NCBI RefSeq assembly: GCF_006345805.1
Contig: NC_043008.1
Span: 59,024,001-59,088,000, forward strand
DNA: 64,000 nt
Reading direction: 5' to 3'
Origin: Octopus sinensis
Taxonomy: Eukaryota
A program made the translations under genes and the position numbers. This document shows, one piece after another, positions 1 through 11,949 of this stretch (its first letter is position 1; each line of letters starts with the position of its first letter). The notes beneath the pieces were generated by a model. It saw only the letters and a list, made by a program, of their open reading frames with translations. It made no database searches and was not told the DNA's origin.

Positions 1-446
1 CACAGCACGCTGTCCACTCCTCTCTGGATCGCGCCTTTCTTATCCACGTGATCTCAATCGTCCGCCTGAAAGCATAAGGGATGTGCTCAAGGGAAGGTTG
101 GACAGGACCACCCGCGCCAACCTCATTAACATTGCAGTTCTGCCTGCAATGTTATATGATAGTGAAACATGGACTACCACAAAGAGAGAAGAGCAAAGAC
201 TGGTAACGGCTCAAAGAGCCATGGAAAGGTCAATGCTTGGTATCTCGTTGAGAGAGCACATAAGTAGCAAGATCATCAGAAAGAAGTCCGGCGTGAGAGA
301 TGTCATCGCAGAGTATACACGCAGCAAGTATAGATGGGCTGGACACGTCGCCCGGCTCACCAATAATCGGTGGACGCACGCAGTAATCGAGTGGTACCCG
401 CGTGAGCGGAAAAGACCACCCGGAAGAGCTCCACGACGGTGGAGTT
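1..446 (+). mobile_element. RTE-clade LINE, 3' part of ORF2 (RT C-terminal region)
   Basis: ORF 83-446 reads VLPAMLYDSETW...QRAMERSMLGISLREH...KYRWAGHVAR...WYPRERKRPPGR..RW, the typical RTE ORF2 C-terminus; it runs into (TA)n. Confidence 0.85.
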
Positions 447-538
447 ACGATTTCAGCATATATATATATATATATATATATACATACATATACAGAGAGA
501 GGGAGGGGGAGAGAGATTGTTAAATAGAAAGACAGACA

Positions 539-541
539 GGC

Positions 542-634
<93 letters not shown>
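539..634. repeat. (GATA)n microsatellite
   Basis: Direct tandem repeat. Confidence 0.98.
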
Positions 635-789
635 TGAAAAAGTAGTGCAGCGCGCCAGTAGCTCGAAGCACAAGGCTGAATTCGCAGTGAGAGCTAGCGT
701 TAACCTTCATGAGGGAGTGTGCCGAGTGATATCTGTGTTTATTTCGCATGTAGCGAAATTTATACTTTTCTGATCACGTGTATGTTGTA

Positions 790-1505
790 GTCCGCGATTT
801 TTGTCATGGACATGAAGCTGGAACAATGAGCCAATGTGAAAGTTTGAGCTAAACTTAGGAAGTTTGCTACAGAAACATTGATAACTCGCTTCAGCAAGCT
901 TACGGCGACAAAATAATTCGAGGGGCACGAATGATTCGAGGGGCACGACTGCGTGAAAAGCGGAAGAACGTCCCTGGAAAACGGGGAGAGTGTTGCAAGA
1001 TCTGCCACGGGAGACATCCCCGGAAATGTAGAAAAAATAATCAGCTTGTGTATGAGGACCGTCGGAGGACAATGAATGATGTTGTTGGCCCTTTGTATGG
1101 GTCCGTGCAGGCATCCCTAACGTTTAAATTTTTCACGATGACAATGCACCCAGTCACAGAGCTCTTCTCACTCGTGAGTTACACGCCAAGAACAACATGG
1201 TATTGCTTCCGTGCCCTCCCTATTCGCCAGGCTTAGCACCTGCTGATTTCCATCTCTTCTGCCAAGATGAAGATGCAGCTTAAAAGTCGCCGTTTTAACA
1301 CCGTATTCGAAATCACGAACAAATAGCACAAGGTCCTCGCTTCATTTACAGAAAACGATTTCCAGGTCGGATTCCAAAAGTGGCAGGAAAACAGGGACCG
1401 GTGAATTGCTGCACAATGTGACCATTTCGAAGGAGACCTTGTTAAAACTTAAGTAATAAGTTATTTTTTATTAAACATAACTAATCCGGGAACTATTTGA
1501 CACCA
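790..1505 (+). mobile_element. Internally deleted, decayed mariner (D,D34D-type) transposon
   Basis: Frameshifted pieces LEQ*ANVK...ETL..LQQAYGD, NVEKINQLVYEDRRRTMND, FHDDNAPSH and PPYSPGLAPADFHL; the middle of the transposase (WVPHEL to first D) is missing. Confidence 0.75.
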
Positions 1506-1516
1506 CCTTGAGTTTG

Positions 1517-1668
<152 letters not shown>

Positions 1669-2105
1669 GCATAACAGTGTCAGCTGTCATATGCTTGTGT
1701 ACTATGGGTAATATAAGATAATTTACATTAATTTGATAAAATACTTACAAGTCTTATAATTAAACATTTGTTATTTTGTTATTTTATGTCTTTTTAGTCT
1801 TCATGGTGTTTATGTACAATAGAGAAATGAATACTAATTATCAAATTTAAAACTCCCCATTAAAAATAATATCAAATACATGAAATTCCAGATTTTTGTA
1901 TTTGCAATTAATATATATTATCAATAACAATACTATTGTTTAATTATAAATTAAAACAAATGTAAACTATTAATTCCATATAAAATATTGTAACATTTTT
2001 AAGAGATAAAAGAATGAATATTATAAGTAGAGTGTTACCGTAGTACGAGAAATTTAACTGTTGGCATATACTGGTGTATTATGGGTAATATTCTGTAATG
2101 TTATA

Positions 2106-2318
2106 TAGGAGTGGGTGCTGAAAAGTTCTTTTGGATAAAAGAAAATACTAGATCATTTAAGTATGATCTTATTCAATATATTCCACCCTCAGATTCACAC
2201 ACTTATTGCAGCGGCCCATCAGTTTTTCTAAGCCTTGTAAAAGAAATCAGAAGGTTGGGCCCCAAGCGAGGCATATCATGATACCTTTGAAGCCAGGAGC
2301 TTTTGGTATCCTCCTGTA
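2106..2318. mobile_element. Tc1/mariner-type MITE
   Basis: Imperfect TIRs TAGGAGTGGGTGCTGAAAAGTTC and GAGCTTTTGGTATCCTCCTGTA, with TA at both ends. Confidence 0.5.
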
Positions 2319-2340
2319 TGTATAATAATTATAAATGTAA

Positions 2341-2743
2341 TTCTTTACTCTTTTACTCTTTTACTTGTTTCAGTCATTTGACTGCGGCCATGCTGGAGCA
2401 CCGCCTTTTAGTCGAGCAAATCGACCCCAGGACTTATCCTTTGTAAGCCTAGTACTTATTCTATCAGTCTCTTTTGCCGAACTGCTATGTAACGGGGACG
2501 TAAACACAACAGCATCGGTTGTCAAGCGATGTTGGGGAGACAAACACAGACACACAAACATACACACATATATATATATATATATATACGACGGGCTTCT
2601 TTCAGTTTCCGTCTACCAAATCCACGCACAAGGCTTTGGTCGGCCCGAGGCTATAGTAGAAGACACTTGCCCACGGTGCCACACAGTGGGACTGAACCCG
2701 GAACTGTGTGGTTGGTAAGCAAGCTACTTACCACACAGCCTCT
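2341..2743 (-). mobile_element. SINE family A (tRNA-derived, octopus OK/OR-like; name unverified), full length
   Basis: Minus-strand head GGCTGTGTGGTAAGTAGC...GGTTCAGTCCC (Pol III A/B boxes), internal TA/CA tract, tail GCATGGCCGCAGTCAAATGACTGAAACAAGTAAAAGAG; many copies in the window. Confidence 0.9.
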
Positions 2744-2769
2744 CCTACATTTTTTTTTCATTTTGAGTG

Positions 2770-3290
2770 CAGTGGGGAGTCGATCGCATCGACTCCACTA
2801 CATGACTGGTACTTATTTTATTGAAACCGAAAGAGTGAACGGCAAAGTCATCCTCAGCGGTATTTGAACTCACAACGTAAATAGCCGAAAGAAATGCGCT
2901 AAGAAGTTTGTTCGACGTCGATAACGACTCTTCCAACTCACCGCCTTCGGTTTTTATTTTTGTCACAAGTCCAGCAATACTTGCGTGGAATGGATTTACA
3001 TCACATTGATCCTAGTACTTGACTTGTGTTTTATTTTATGGTCTCTGAAAGGACGAAAGGCAAAATTGGCCTCGGTGGGATTTCAACTTAGTATGTAAAG
3101 AACCGGAAATAATGGTTTCTTATTTACGCACAAAGCCAGTAATTTTGAAAATGGTCAATGACATGGCATCTGGGTAGATTAAATGAAAAACTTGACCTAA
3201 GCTGGATACGAACTCAGAAGCTAATGATCTGGAAGAAATGCTGCTTATCGTTTTATCCAGCGCCGTAAGGATTCTACCCGCTAGCCGCCT
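2770..3290 (-). mobile_element. Three degenerate SINE family C fragments
   Basis: Diverged matches to GAAAGG..AAAGGCAAAGTCGACCTCGGCGGAATTTGAACTC at about 2830, 3050 and 3200. Confidence 0.6.
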
Positions 3291-3351
3291 TGATGCTTAT
3301 ACAAAATAATGAAATTAATCTAATTCCGAAAATCAACATAGCTTAAAATAA

Positions 3352-3728
3352 TCTTTATATATAAAAGTGAAGTTGTGTGTCTGTCTCCTACGATTTAGAT
3401 TCCTAACTACTCCCACATTTTGCGGTGCAGTTTAACCAAAACCGGGTATCTTATAGTCGTGATTCATATCGAGCCCTTCTGGGTATTAGCGCGCGTCTAC
3501 GATGAGTCTACGATTTAAAAAAAGATTACCATCATTTTAATGAATTTTTTTCGCTATTGAAGAAGGGAAGTAACTCTCTAAAAATGTCTACGGTGAGTCA
3601 ACGATTTACCATATTTTTTTTTCCATTTTTAATGCATTTTTTTTGCTATTTTTTTGCTATAACTCTCTAAAAATGCTTATATAGTTATTTCCCTTACAAA
3701 CCCGAGCAACGCCGGGCGATACTGCTAG
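3352..3728 (+). mobile_element. Non-autonomous Helitron, complete, 377 bp
   Basis: 5' A|TCTTTATATATAAAAG; 3' hairpin CCCGAGCAACGCCGGG then ATACTGCTAG|T; inserted in AT with no TSD; second copy at 22547-22834. Confidence 0.88.
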
Positions 3729-4379
3729 TATCAAATAAAACAAGTTTTTCGAATATCTATAAAGAATATATGTTGTCAATGAAAATAATACTGTTTAACA
3801 CTCAATTACAGTAATGCTGTAACACTATAGTAATGGACGGTGGAGAAAAAGTCGCCACAAATTTTTTTAAATCCACTTGAGCTATATGTTCACAAGGTAA
3901 GTATTTATTTAAATAACATCAATCTCTCCAGTTTCGTCCAGCCTCAAAACATTATATTTTCACCAAGAATTTATCTACAATTATTTACTCATTTGTTACT
4001 ATTTTTTCATATAATTACAGCTTACAGCTTAAAAAAATTACTGATTCAATCTTATAGATTACGCATACAATCGGTTCATTTAAAATTGTCAGATTCAATT
4101 TATTACTTTACAATAAACCAATAAAAACTATAATGATTGAAATTACTCAAAACTAATTACTATTTTCTCGAACTTGTTACGTCTTTTATCTCAGACGTGT
4201 TTTGTTTTCGTATTTTAGCTAACATTTCTAAAGTGACTATTTTCATGACGAAGTTTTGTCAATTTCCAATAGTCTAGTTAACAGCACAAAAGTCAGTACT
4301 TGCGTCGCAATAATCTAAACCTATAATTTACGTCAGAAGTTCATTTCTGACTTCATTTTCTTGTGCGAAAACACAATTA

Positions 4380-4788
4380 GGATCTTTTCGGTTTCACCGG
4401 CAGTTTTTAAAAATAATTTCCACGTAACTAAACACTTTTAAACTTCGTATACTGGTAGAATGTGTTTATAAAACATCTTTTTCTCTTGGCTTTATTGAGA
4501 AAATTCTATAGGTTATACGATATTTGTTGGTTTTTTTTCTTCAATTTCTGAAATTTCAACCAATCAATGACGTCTATTGAGGTGAAAACATTCTGTGCCA
4601 TATGAATATGTGCCTCGTTTAAGAAATAGATTGGGTTTATCTACATTTCTGAGGAAAAAAATACTCTTTCCCCTACCCCTAACCCTAAAATAGATTGAAA
4701 TGCAATAGATCGATACTAGGGTCATAATTATGGGTGATAATTTCATATGACACCGCTAGAAAAACTGCCGGTCAAAGCGAAAAGATCC
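4380..4788. mobile_element. MITE with 8-bp TSD, Merlin-like
   Basis: TIR GGATCTTTTCGGTTTCACCGGCAGTTTTT / AAAAACTGCCGGTCAAAGCGAAAAGATCC; exact TSD CACAATTA at 4372-4379 and 4789-4796; GG termini. Confidence 0.8.
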
Positions 4789-5058
4789 CACAATTAACTT
4801 CTAAAGGAAGTACATGCCTCATGTGAGGCGGTATCCGTGATTTCGAGTGTGGCTGATTTTTGGTCCTATTTAGAGCTACCTATAGCAACACAGGACGAAA
4901 CAAAGATTGTGACAGATGTATCCTGCTTTGTCAATAGACTGAGACTCGAGATTTATTCATTGTAGTTATAAATACTTGCAGAAATGGTTAGAATAAACAT
5001 TGGATTATATGGGAATATTATTTCATATGCAATCTTACTCATAAAAAAAAGTACTCTC

Positions 5059-5109
<51 letters not shown>

Positions 5110-5111
5110 TA

Positions 5112-5665
5112 AATGCCCTGATGCAGTACCAGACAGAGGCTCTCATGGCTTCTGATGTTAACTGATTGGAAGTGTTATCATGTACGTTGTTTTGTCTTGG
5201 TATAAAAGATGGGCTATAGCAAATATTCAGCTCAATACCACAGATTTGCTTGTCAGTTGTTTGACCTTAACCATTTGACCATGTCCCTTAGTGACTGACG
5301 ATATGTGCATCTCTGATCACGAGCAGAAGTAGTGGGGGAGCATCATAGCCATGTGTTGAGAGGGCTTCTTTGGGGTTTGAATAATTCACCTCTGGAAACA
5401 TGGGTGGTTCTTTCAACATCCTTAAACAACCCTTATTCAGGGACTTTTGAGCGGGATGGGCTACTCAACTTGAAGAAAATTCTAACTGGGCCCCACCTGC
5501 AAGGTCATGTGCTGTTTATCTTGATATGAGATCACTATGTCGCGCACATATGGTTGTGATGCATGTGCCTGGTGTACCCTTATCAGACGGGTAGTCATGA
5601 TGGGTATATTGGGCTTCGTATATTTTATCCCAGTGTCACTTTGATGGCATGCACTGCTCTCTCAC
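5112..5665. mobile_element. Unclassified interspersed repeat (family D) embedded in an (AAT)n tract
   Basis: About 550 bp of more balanced composition flanked by (AAT)n at 5060-5108 and 5668-5748; recalled as an abundant octopus repeat, class not determined. Confidence 0.45.
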
Positions 5666-5677
5666 ACAATAATAATG

Positions 5678-5748
<71 letters not shown>

Positions 5749-5850
5749 CATTATTATGATATACTATTTTTGCCACAGCGGCAGCTTGTGGGAGGTGGGG
5801 ATGAGTCGGTTACATCGACACCTGTATTCAACTGGTACTTATTTTATCGA

Positions 5851-6290
5851 AGGCGGCGAGCTGGCAGAAACGTTAGCACGACGGGCGAAATGCGTAGCCG
5901 TATTTCGTCTGTCGTTATGTTGTGAGTTCAAATTCCGCCGAGGTCGACTTTGCCTTTCATCCTTTCGGGGTCGATAAATTGAGTACCAGTTACGCACTGG
6001 GGTCGATATAATCGACTTCATACCTATGTCTGTCCTTGTTTGTCCTCTCTGTGTTTAGCCCCTTGTGAGTAGTAAAGAAATAGGTATTTCGTCTGCCGTT
6101 ACGTTCTGAGTTCAAATTCCGCCGAGGTCGACTTTGCCTTTCATCCTTTCGGGGTCGATAAATTAAGTACCAGTTACGCCCTGGGGTCGATATAATCGAC
6201 TTAATACCTATGTCTGTCCTTGTTTGTCCCCTCTATGTTTAGCCCCTTGTGGGTAATAAAGAAATAGGTACTTATTTTATCGATGGAATT
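5851..6290 (+). mobile_element. SINE family C dimer (head plus repeated body)
   Basis: Head AAGGCGGCGAGCTGGCAGAAACGTTAGCAC, B box GAGTTCAAATTCC, core GCCTTTCATCCTTTCGGGGTCGATAAATTAAGTACCAG; the body restarts after AAAGAAATAG|GTATTTCGTC. Confidence 0.88.
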
Positions 6291-6294
6291 TTAA

Positions 6295-6530
6295 CCCAGA
6301 ACGTAGCCACTGGCGAAATACCTATTTCTTTATTACCCACAAGGGGCTAAACACAGAGGGGACAAACAAGGACAGACATAGGTATTAAGTCGATTACATC
6401 GACCCCAGTGCGTAACTGGTACTTAATTTATCGACCCCGAAAGGATGAAAGGCAAAGTCGACCTCGGCGGAATTTGAACTCACAACCACTGGCGAAATAC
6501 TGCTAAGTATTTCGTCTAGCGTGTTAACAA
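6295..6530 (-). mobile_element. SINE family C, inverted copy next to the dimer
   Basis: Reverse-complement match to 6080-6270. Confidence 0.85.
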
Positions 6531-7052
6531 TTCTTTCTCTCTTACTATTACTCCGAAAGCAACAGTAGGTGACAGGGTCAACTGTCGCCAGTCAATTTCC
6601 CCATGTACAGATTTATATCGCAAGCTGCCAAATCAAAACATGGAATGGAAACTCATCCTCCTATATTACCAACAGCTAATATTTCTGTATGACGAAATAG
6701 AAACTTTCTTCAATGATTACCCCTGTGCCAATTAGAAAAGCTTAATCTTCACTGCAGCTACGTAGCTTTCACTTTCAATATGTGAAGTGGTACTCCGCAT
6801 AGATTTTGTTCATTTGGTAATTGTACAGGAAAATTTAGCACCACCTAATCATCACCGTCATTATCATCATCGACATTTTCACCACCACGATTTTCTCCTC
6901 CTTTCTCCTCCCCTTCCTCCTCATCATCATCGACATCATCCATTAGCATCAAGATCAATAATTGAATCATTTCATTTGCATTTCTTTGTTACACCGGATA
7001 TGAGCTATTGAATGTCATGGCTAAGTTTCAATGTACTCTTATATTCTTTTTA

Positions 7053-7212
7053 TTCTTTTACTTGTTTCAGTCATTTGACAGTGGCCATGCTGGAGCACCG
7101 CCTTTAGTTGAGCAAAGTTACGGGAACGTAAACACACCAGCATTGATTGTCAAGCGATGTTGGGGGGACAAACAGAGACGCACAAACGTATACACACACA
7201 CACACACACACA

Positions 7213-7295
<83 letters not shown>

Positions 7296-7410
7296 AATAT
7301 ACGACGGGCTTCTTTCAGTTTCCGTCTACCAAATCCACTCACAAGGCTTTGGTCGGCCGGAGGCTATAGTAGAAGACACTTGCCCAAGATGCCACGCAGT
7401 GGGACTGAAC
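7053..7410 (-). mobile_element. SINE family A, truncated
   Basis: Homology to 2341-2743. Confidence 0.88.
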
Positions 7411-7439
7411 CCGGAACCATGTGGTTTGTAGAGAATATA

Positions 7440-9290
7440 TATAGCTGATATTGATTGAATCCCCATAAATGTTATTTGTAATGTATGCTTTGTTAATCAT
7501 TCTTCATGGTATTCGAGGGAAGTATGTTATGAAACATTATTTTTATTTCCTTCAGCAATTATCAAGATCCAACTATTAGAATTTCTTGTCCAACATTTCT
7601 TATGTGCACTGAACTGAAGGATATTCACATGCTTCTGTAATGATGAATTTCTGATGCATGTTTCTCCTCTGTCGATATTGATATTTTTTCGAGATAATCT
7701 TAGCAACAGCAACCTGTTGTCTCAGCGAAACATTATCACCTTTAGATAAAGTGGCGGAATTGTTAGAGGCGTCGGGCATATAACTATTGTTCTCTGTTCC
7801 GATTTCCGCTGAGTTTCTTCCTTTCAAATCAGTGCCACAGCATGGCCGCAGTCCAATGACAAAACCAGGTAAACGATAAAAACAAATACATGCAATGAAT
7901 TGCTTCATAAAGTACAGGCTTCTTCCCCGGAGATATCAGATGCATCCTGAAGATATCGTGCTTCAAAAGAGGCATTCTCGTTAATGAAAGTGATGTTTCT
8001 ATTAATGGAATTTTAAAGCCAGTGCGTAGTAAATCAGTCACCATTCCAGTTGTAGCAATTGTAATGACTTATTGACATATATGAAGCTAATGACTGTACG
8101 GTAAAAGTAGGACTTTTCTAGTTTCACTAATTCTATTTGCATAGGAAAATCATGTGTGTTGCCATTATCAGTTGCATGATCTAAACTCCCCTAAGGAGAA
8201 ATCATGACTATTCTCTTTTCATCATCTAATTGTTTCTACAACTTATTTGTTTCGAGAGCATAATTATGGATAATTATAGGTAATATAAGGCCGGATGTGG
8301 TAGACCTGATATTATAACTAAGACAATGCAATCCGATGTCAAATGTTTCTTTTGTAGATTTTTCAAAAGAGGTATATCTCAGGTAGATTATAGACATTAT
8401 GGATAAGTATAGGTAATATAAGGCCGGATGTGGTAGACTTGATACTAAGGCGGTGAGCTGGCAGAAACGTTAGCACGCCGGGTGAAATGCTTAGCGGTAT
8501 TTCGTCTGTCGCTACGTTCTGAGTTCAAATTCCGCCGAGGTCGACTTTGCCTTTCATCCTTTCGGGGTCGATTAAATAAGTAACAGTTACGCACTGGGGT
8601 CGATATAATCGACTTAATCCGTTTGTCTGTCCTTGTTTGTCCTCTCTGTGTTTAGCCCCTTGTGGTTAGTAAAAAAATAGGTATTTCGTCTGCCGTTACG
8701 TTCTGAGTTCAAAATTCCGCCGAGGTCGACTTTGCCTTTCATCCTTTCGGGGTGGATTAAATAAGTAACAGTTACGCACTGGGGTCGATATAATCGACTT
8801 AATCCGTTTGTCAGTCCTTGATTGTCCTTTCTGTGTTTAGCTCCTTGTGGGTAGTAAAGAAATAGATATTTCGTCTGCCGTTACGTTCTGAGTTCAAATT
8901 ACGCCGCGGTCGACTTTGCCTTTCATCCTTTCGGGGTCGATAAATTAAGTACCAGTTACGCACTGGGGTCGATGTAATCGACTTAATCCGTTTGTCTGTC
9001 CTTGTTTGTCCCCCCATTTTTTTAGGCCCTTGTGGGTAGTAAAGAAATAGGTAGACCTAATATTATAACTAAGACAATGCAATCCGATGTCAAATGTTTC
9101 TTTTGTAGATTTTTCAACAGAGGTATATCTCAGGTAGATTATAGGAAAGTTTTCGATAAATGTATTGTCATATTATACAATTTTATAGGAGTTTATGGAT
9201 TGTTAAGTACATATATTAATGCATAGATTGGCTTTTACTGAGATTGTATATCAACACTTGCATATTCTTCTAGACACCTCGTCTACACAC
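7440..9290 (-). mobile_element. Decayed Helitron RepHel, Pif1 helicase region, interrupted by a SINE trimer
   Basis: Minus-strand pieces RKSYFYRTVISF (Walker A remnant), VITIATTGMVTDLL..FKIPL, LQDAS..., CIRNSSLQKHV and WILIIAEG match Helitron Pif1 motifs in order, with stops and frameshifts. Confidence 0.65.
8447..9050 (+). mobile_element. SINE family C trimer (one head plus three ~184-bp bodies)
   Basis: Units start at 8497, 8681 and 8866; junction AAATAG|GTATTTCGTC; inserted into the second copy of a ~134-bp local tandem duplication (8265-8446, resuming at 9051-9144). Confidence 0.9.
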
Positions 9291-9539
9291 GATTCTAAAT
9301 AAACTGTGGTTTTCTTTTACGTTCTGGAAATTTTGAAATGCTTCTCCATTAACGTTTCACAAATCTTCAAATTTTGTATTGCCTGAAATATGCAGTACTA
9401 ATAGACAAAAGGTGAATCTTTACAATATCCCTCGAGCTGAAAAGAAATTTCAGGATTAGAAAATTCAGCACACACTATCTTATCAATATCATTTTCACAT
9501 TTTTGCACAAGGCCAGCTATTCTGTGGCAGATTATTATT

Positions 9540-9945
9540 CGATTACATCGATCCCATTGATCACCTGGTACTCATTTTATTAACCCCGAAATGATAGAAG
9601 GCCAAGTCGACCTCAAGGGAATTTGAACTCAGGACATACAGACGGCCAAAATGCGGCTAAAGATTTTGCTCGGCGTGCTTACCTATTTTGTACGATATCT
9701 TACACTCTCTTATCAATATTATCTTTTGATTCAAGGCGGCGAGCCGGCAGAATCGTTAGCTCGCCGGGCAAAATTCTTAGCGGTATTTCGTCTGCCTTAG
9801 CGGTATTTCGTCTGCTGAGGTGGACTTTGCGTTTCATCCTTTAGAGGTCAATAAAATAAGTATCAATTGATCTCTGAAGTCGGTGTAATCGAATTATAAC
9901 GTCCCACGAAATTGCTGGCCTTGGGCCAAAATCTGAAATCATTAT
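9540..9945. mobile_element. Two degenerate SINE family C copies in opposite orientations
   Basis: Core and head matches at 9540-9680 (-) and 9735-9945 (+). Confidence 0.7.
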
Positions 9946-11412
9946 TATCTCGTGTTTAAGATATGACCGCGATGAAAGCCACTTTTATGTAATACCATAA
10001 TATAGCCCCCTGTTTACCTTATGTAATATATTTAGAGATATCCTACATCGCACTCTCCAGCTTCTTATTTTCTGCCAGCAATCTGACAAAGAGAATTTTC
10101 CGGATTTTGCCCGTTTTAGGTTTAACACTTTAGTGTTTAAACCGGTCATATCCGGCCAAAATATTCTACCTATTTTATGCTCAAACTAGTCAGATATGGT
10201 CATTCATAGCTACCTTATTGTGTCATTTTAAAAATAAACAATCACATCATTGAAATCTCAAAGCCATGAAATGATACAAGATTAATTTTACATGGTGTGA
10301 ATATATAAGCTTTACATTTGACAGAAGAATCTAAATGCTAAAGGGTTAAAATATGTTTGAATTTCATGCTTCTTTCACTATGGCTATGTCATCATGTTAG
10401 CGCTCTCCTATGTTGCCTAGGGAACCTTGAATTGATGAAGTTTATATTACTGTTCACCGCAGGTACATCAGTATGGTAAGCTGGATTAAATAAATGGTCA
10501 GATAATCCTCTATTCTGTTCCACTGTTGTTGTTGTGGACGTACATAAAGTCATTTGCCTCACCTCGGAAATAACAATCCACAACTCACTGCTTGAAACGT
10601 ATTCCGCCATAGAAAGTTGGATTCAGATGTTACCTGACTATAGTTTGTGTTACTTTATGTTTTAACATGATAATTACATTGCATTGAAGTCACAGCTATG
10701 TTTATCTATATATTTGGCTAGCAGCCAGGTTCTCCAAATAGATATGATAAATTATATGTTACAGAGTCTAAGATTAAAATAAGAATATTTAAATTAATCA
10801 CAAGTATATATAAATATTATCACACGAAAATATTTTCAAACGGAGCTTCTTTCATTTTATTCGTAAATATTATGGCTACTTCTTCAACGATTGCTAAGTT
10901 GCATCATCTTACGTTGAATTCCGAACTCTCTTAAATACTACATTTTCGATAGGTAAATGTCTATTTTCAATTGTAATTTCTATTCTTCCTCACGCTTGGT
11001 TCTCTTGTTTGATACGTTTTTCCAAATAATTATAATCTCAAACGAAATTGTCGAGATTTTCATTATTTTCTTTTAGGGAACCATGATTATATCTGCTACC
11101 TATTTCTAGTGTTACCTTCTTCGCTGGTGTCTAAACTACAGAGTTGTACCAAGTATCGCTGTTCACCTTCGTTTAAGTGCAAGTTAGATGAATGAAGATA
11201 CGTTTTCCTATGTACTCAAAAACAATGTTTCCATCGAATAGGTCCAAAAATATCCGTTTTCATACATGCAAATCTGAAAGATAACACGTAATGTCTTGCA
11301 AGATTTAATAATATATATGTGCTGTATAACTCATTATCAAGTGAAAATATTCATGGAATTTTCTTGATACAGTAACAAAACTTCAAATTTCCAATCAGTG
11401 GGACGATTTCTA

Positions 11413-11934
11413 CCGTAAATCCTCGAGTATAGACCGCCCTTGAGTATAATACGCAGGGGATTTTTAGGGGGCTATACTCCTGAAAAACCTAAACATTGTG
11501 TATAATACTCACCCCTTCTCTAACATGAGTCGTGCGTAATTAAGCCAGCAGCACCTAGTCGAGCAAATACTTCCGCGCATGTGTAATACAATAATGGTGA
11601 TGCTCTTAACTGTAATTTGGGAATGTAAATATGTTTGCAAATTGTTATTGTTACCTGTTATTCTGTTCTCTGAATACTTTTATTTTAATAAATGTTGTTT
11701 ACTGCAAGCTATGGATGATTCTTTTATGACTTCATTGCTTTCAAGCTTAGCTTAAGATATTTTCGCGCCCGACATCACAAAATGCGTCTGAATAAACACT
11801 GTCGGACAGCAAATAGAGACTCGGACATTGCTTAGAAAATATTTTTCATTTTTAACCTCGTATATAGTACGCACTAAAGATTTTGACCTTTAAATTTTGG
11901 GAAAAAAATGCGGATTATACTCGAGGATTCACGA
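11413..11934. mobile_element. Tc1/pogo-type MITE, 522 bp
   Basis: TIR CCGTAAATCCTCGAGTATA / TATACTCGAGGATTCACGA (17 of 19 match), TA on both sides. Confidence 0.8.
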
Positions 11935-11949
11935 TACTTTTTCGCAATT

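Noticed and set aside
10392-10636. 72-aa minus ORF (MAEYVSSS...) and a possible short exon VTSESNFLWRNTFQA
   Set aside because: No recognisable homology, weak acceptor, several competing frames; an ORF of this length is expected by chance
11115-11206. Possible minus exon KTYLHSSNLHLNEGEQRYLVQLCSLDTSEE
   Set aside because: The stronger upstream acceptor gives stops in all frames; no supporting neighbouring exons or homology
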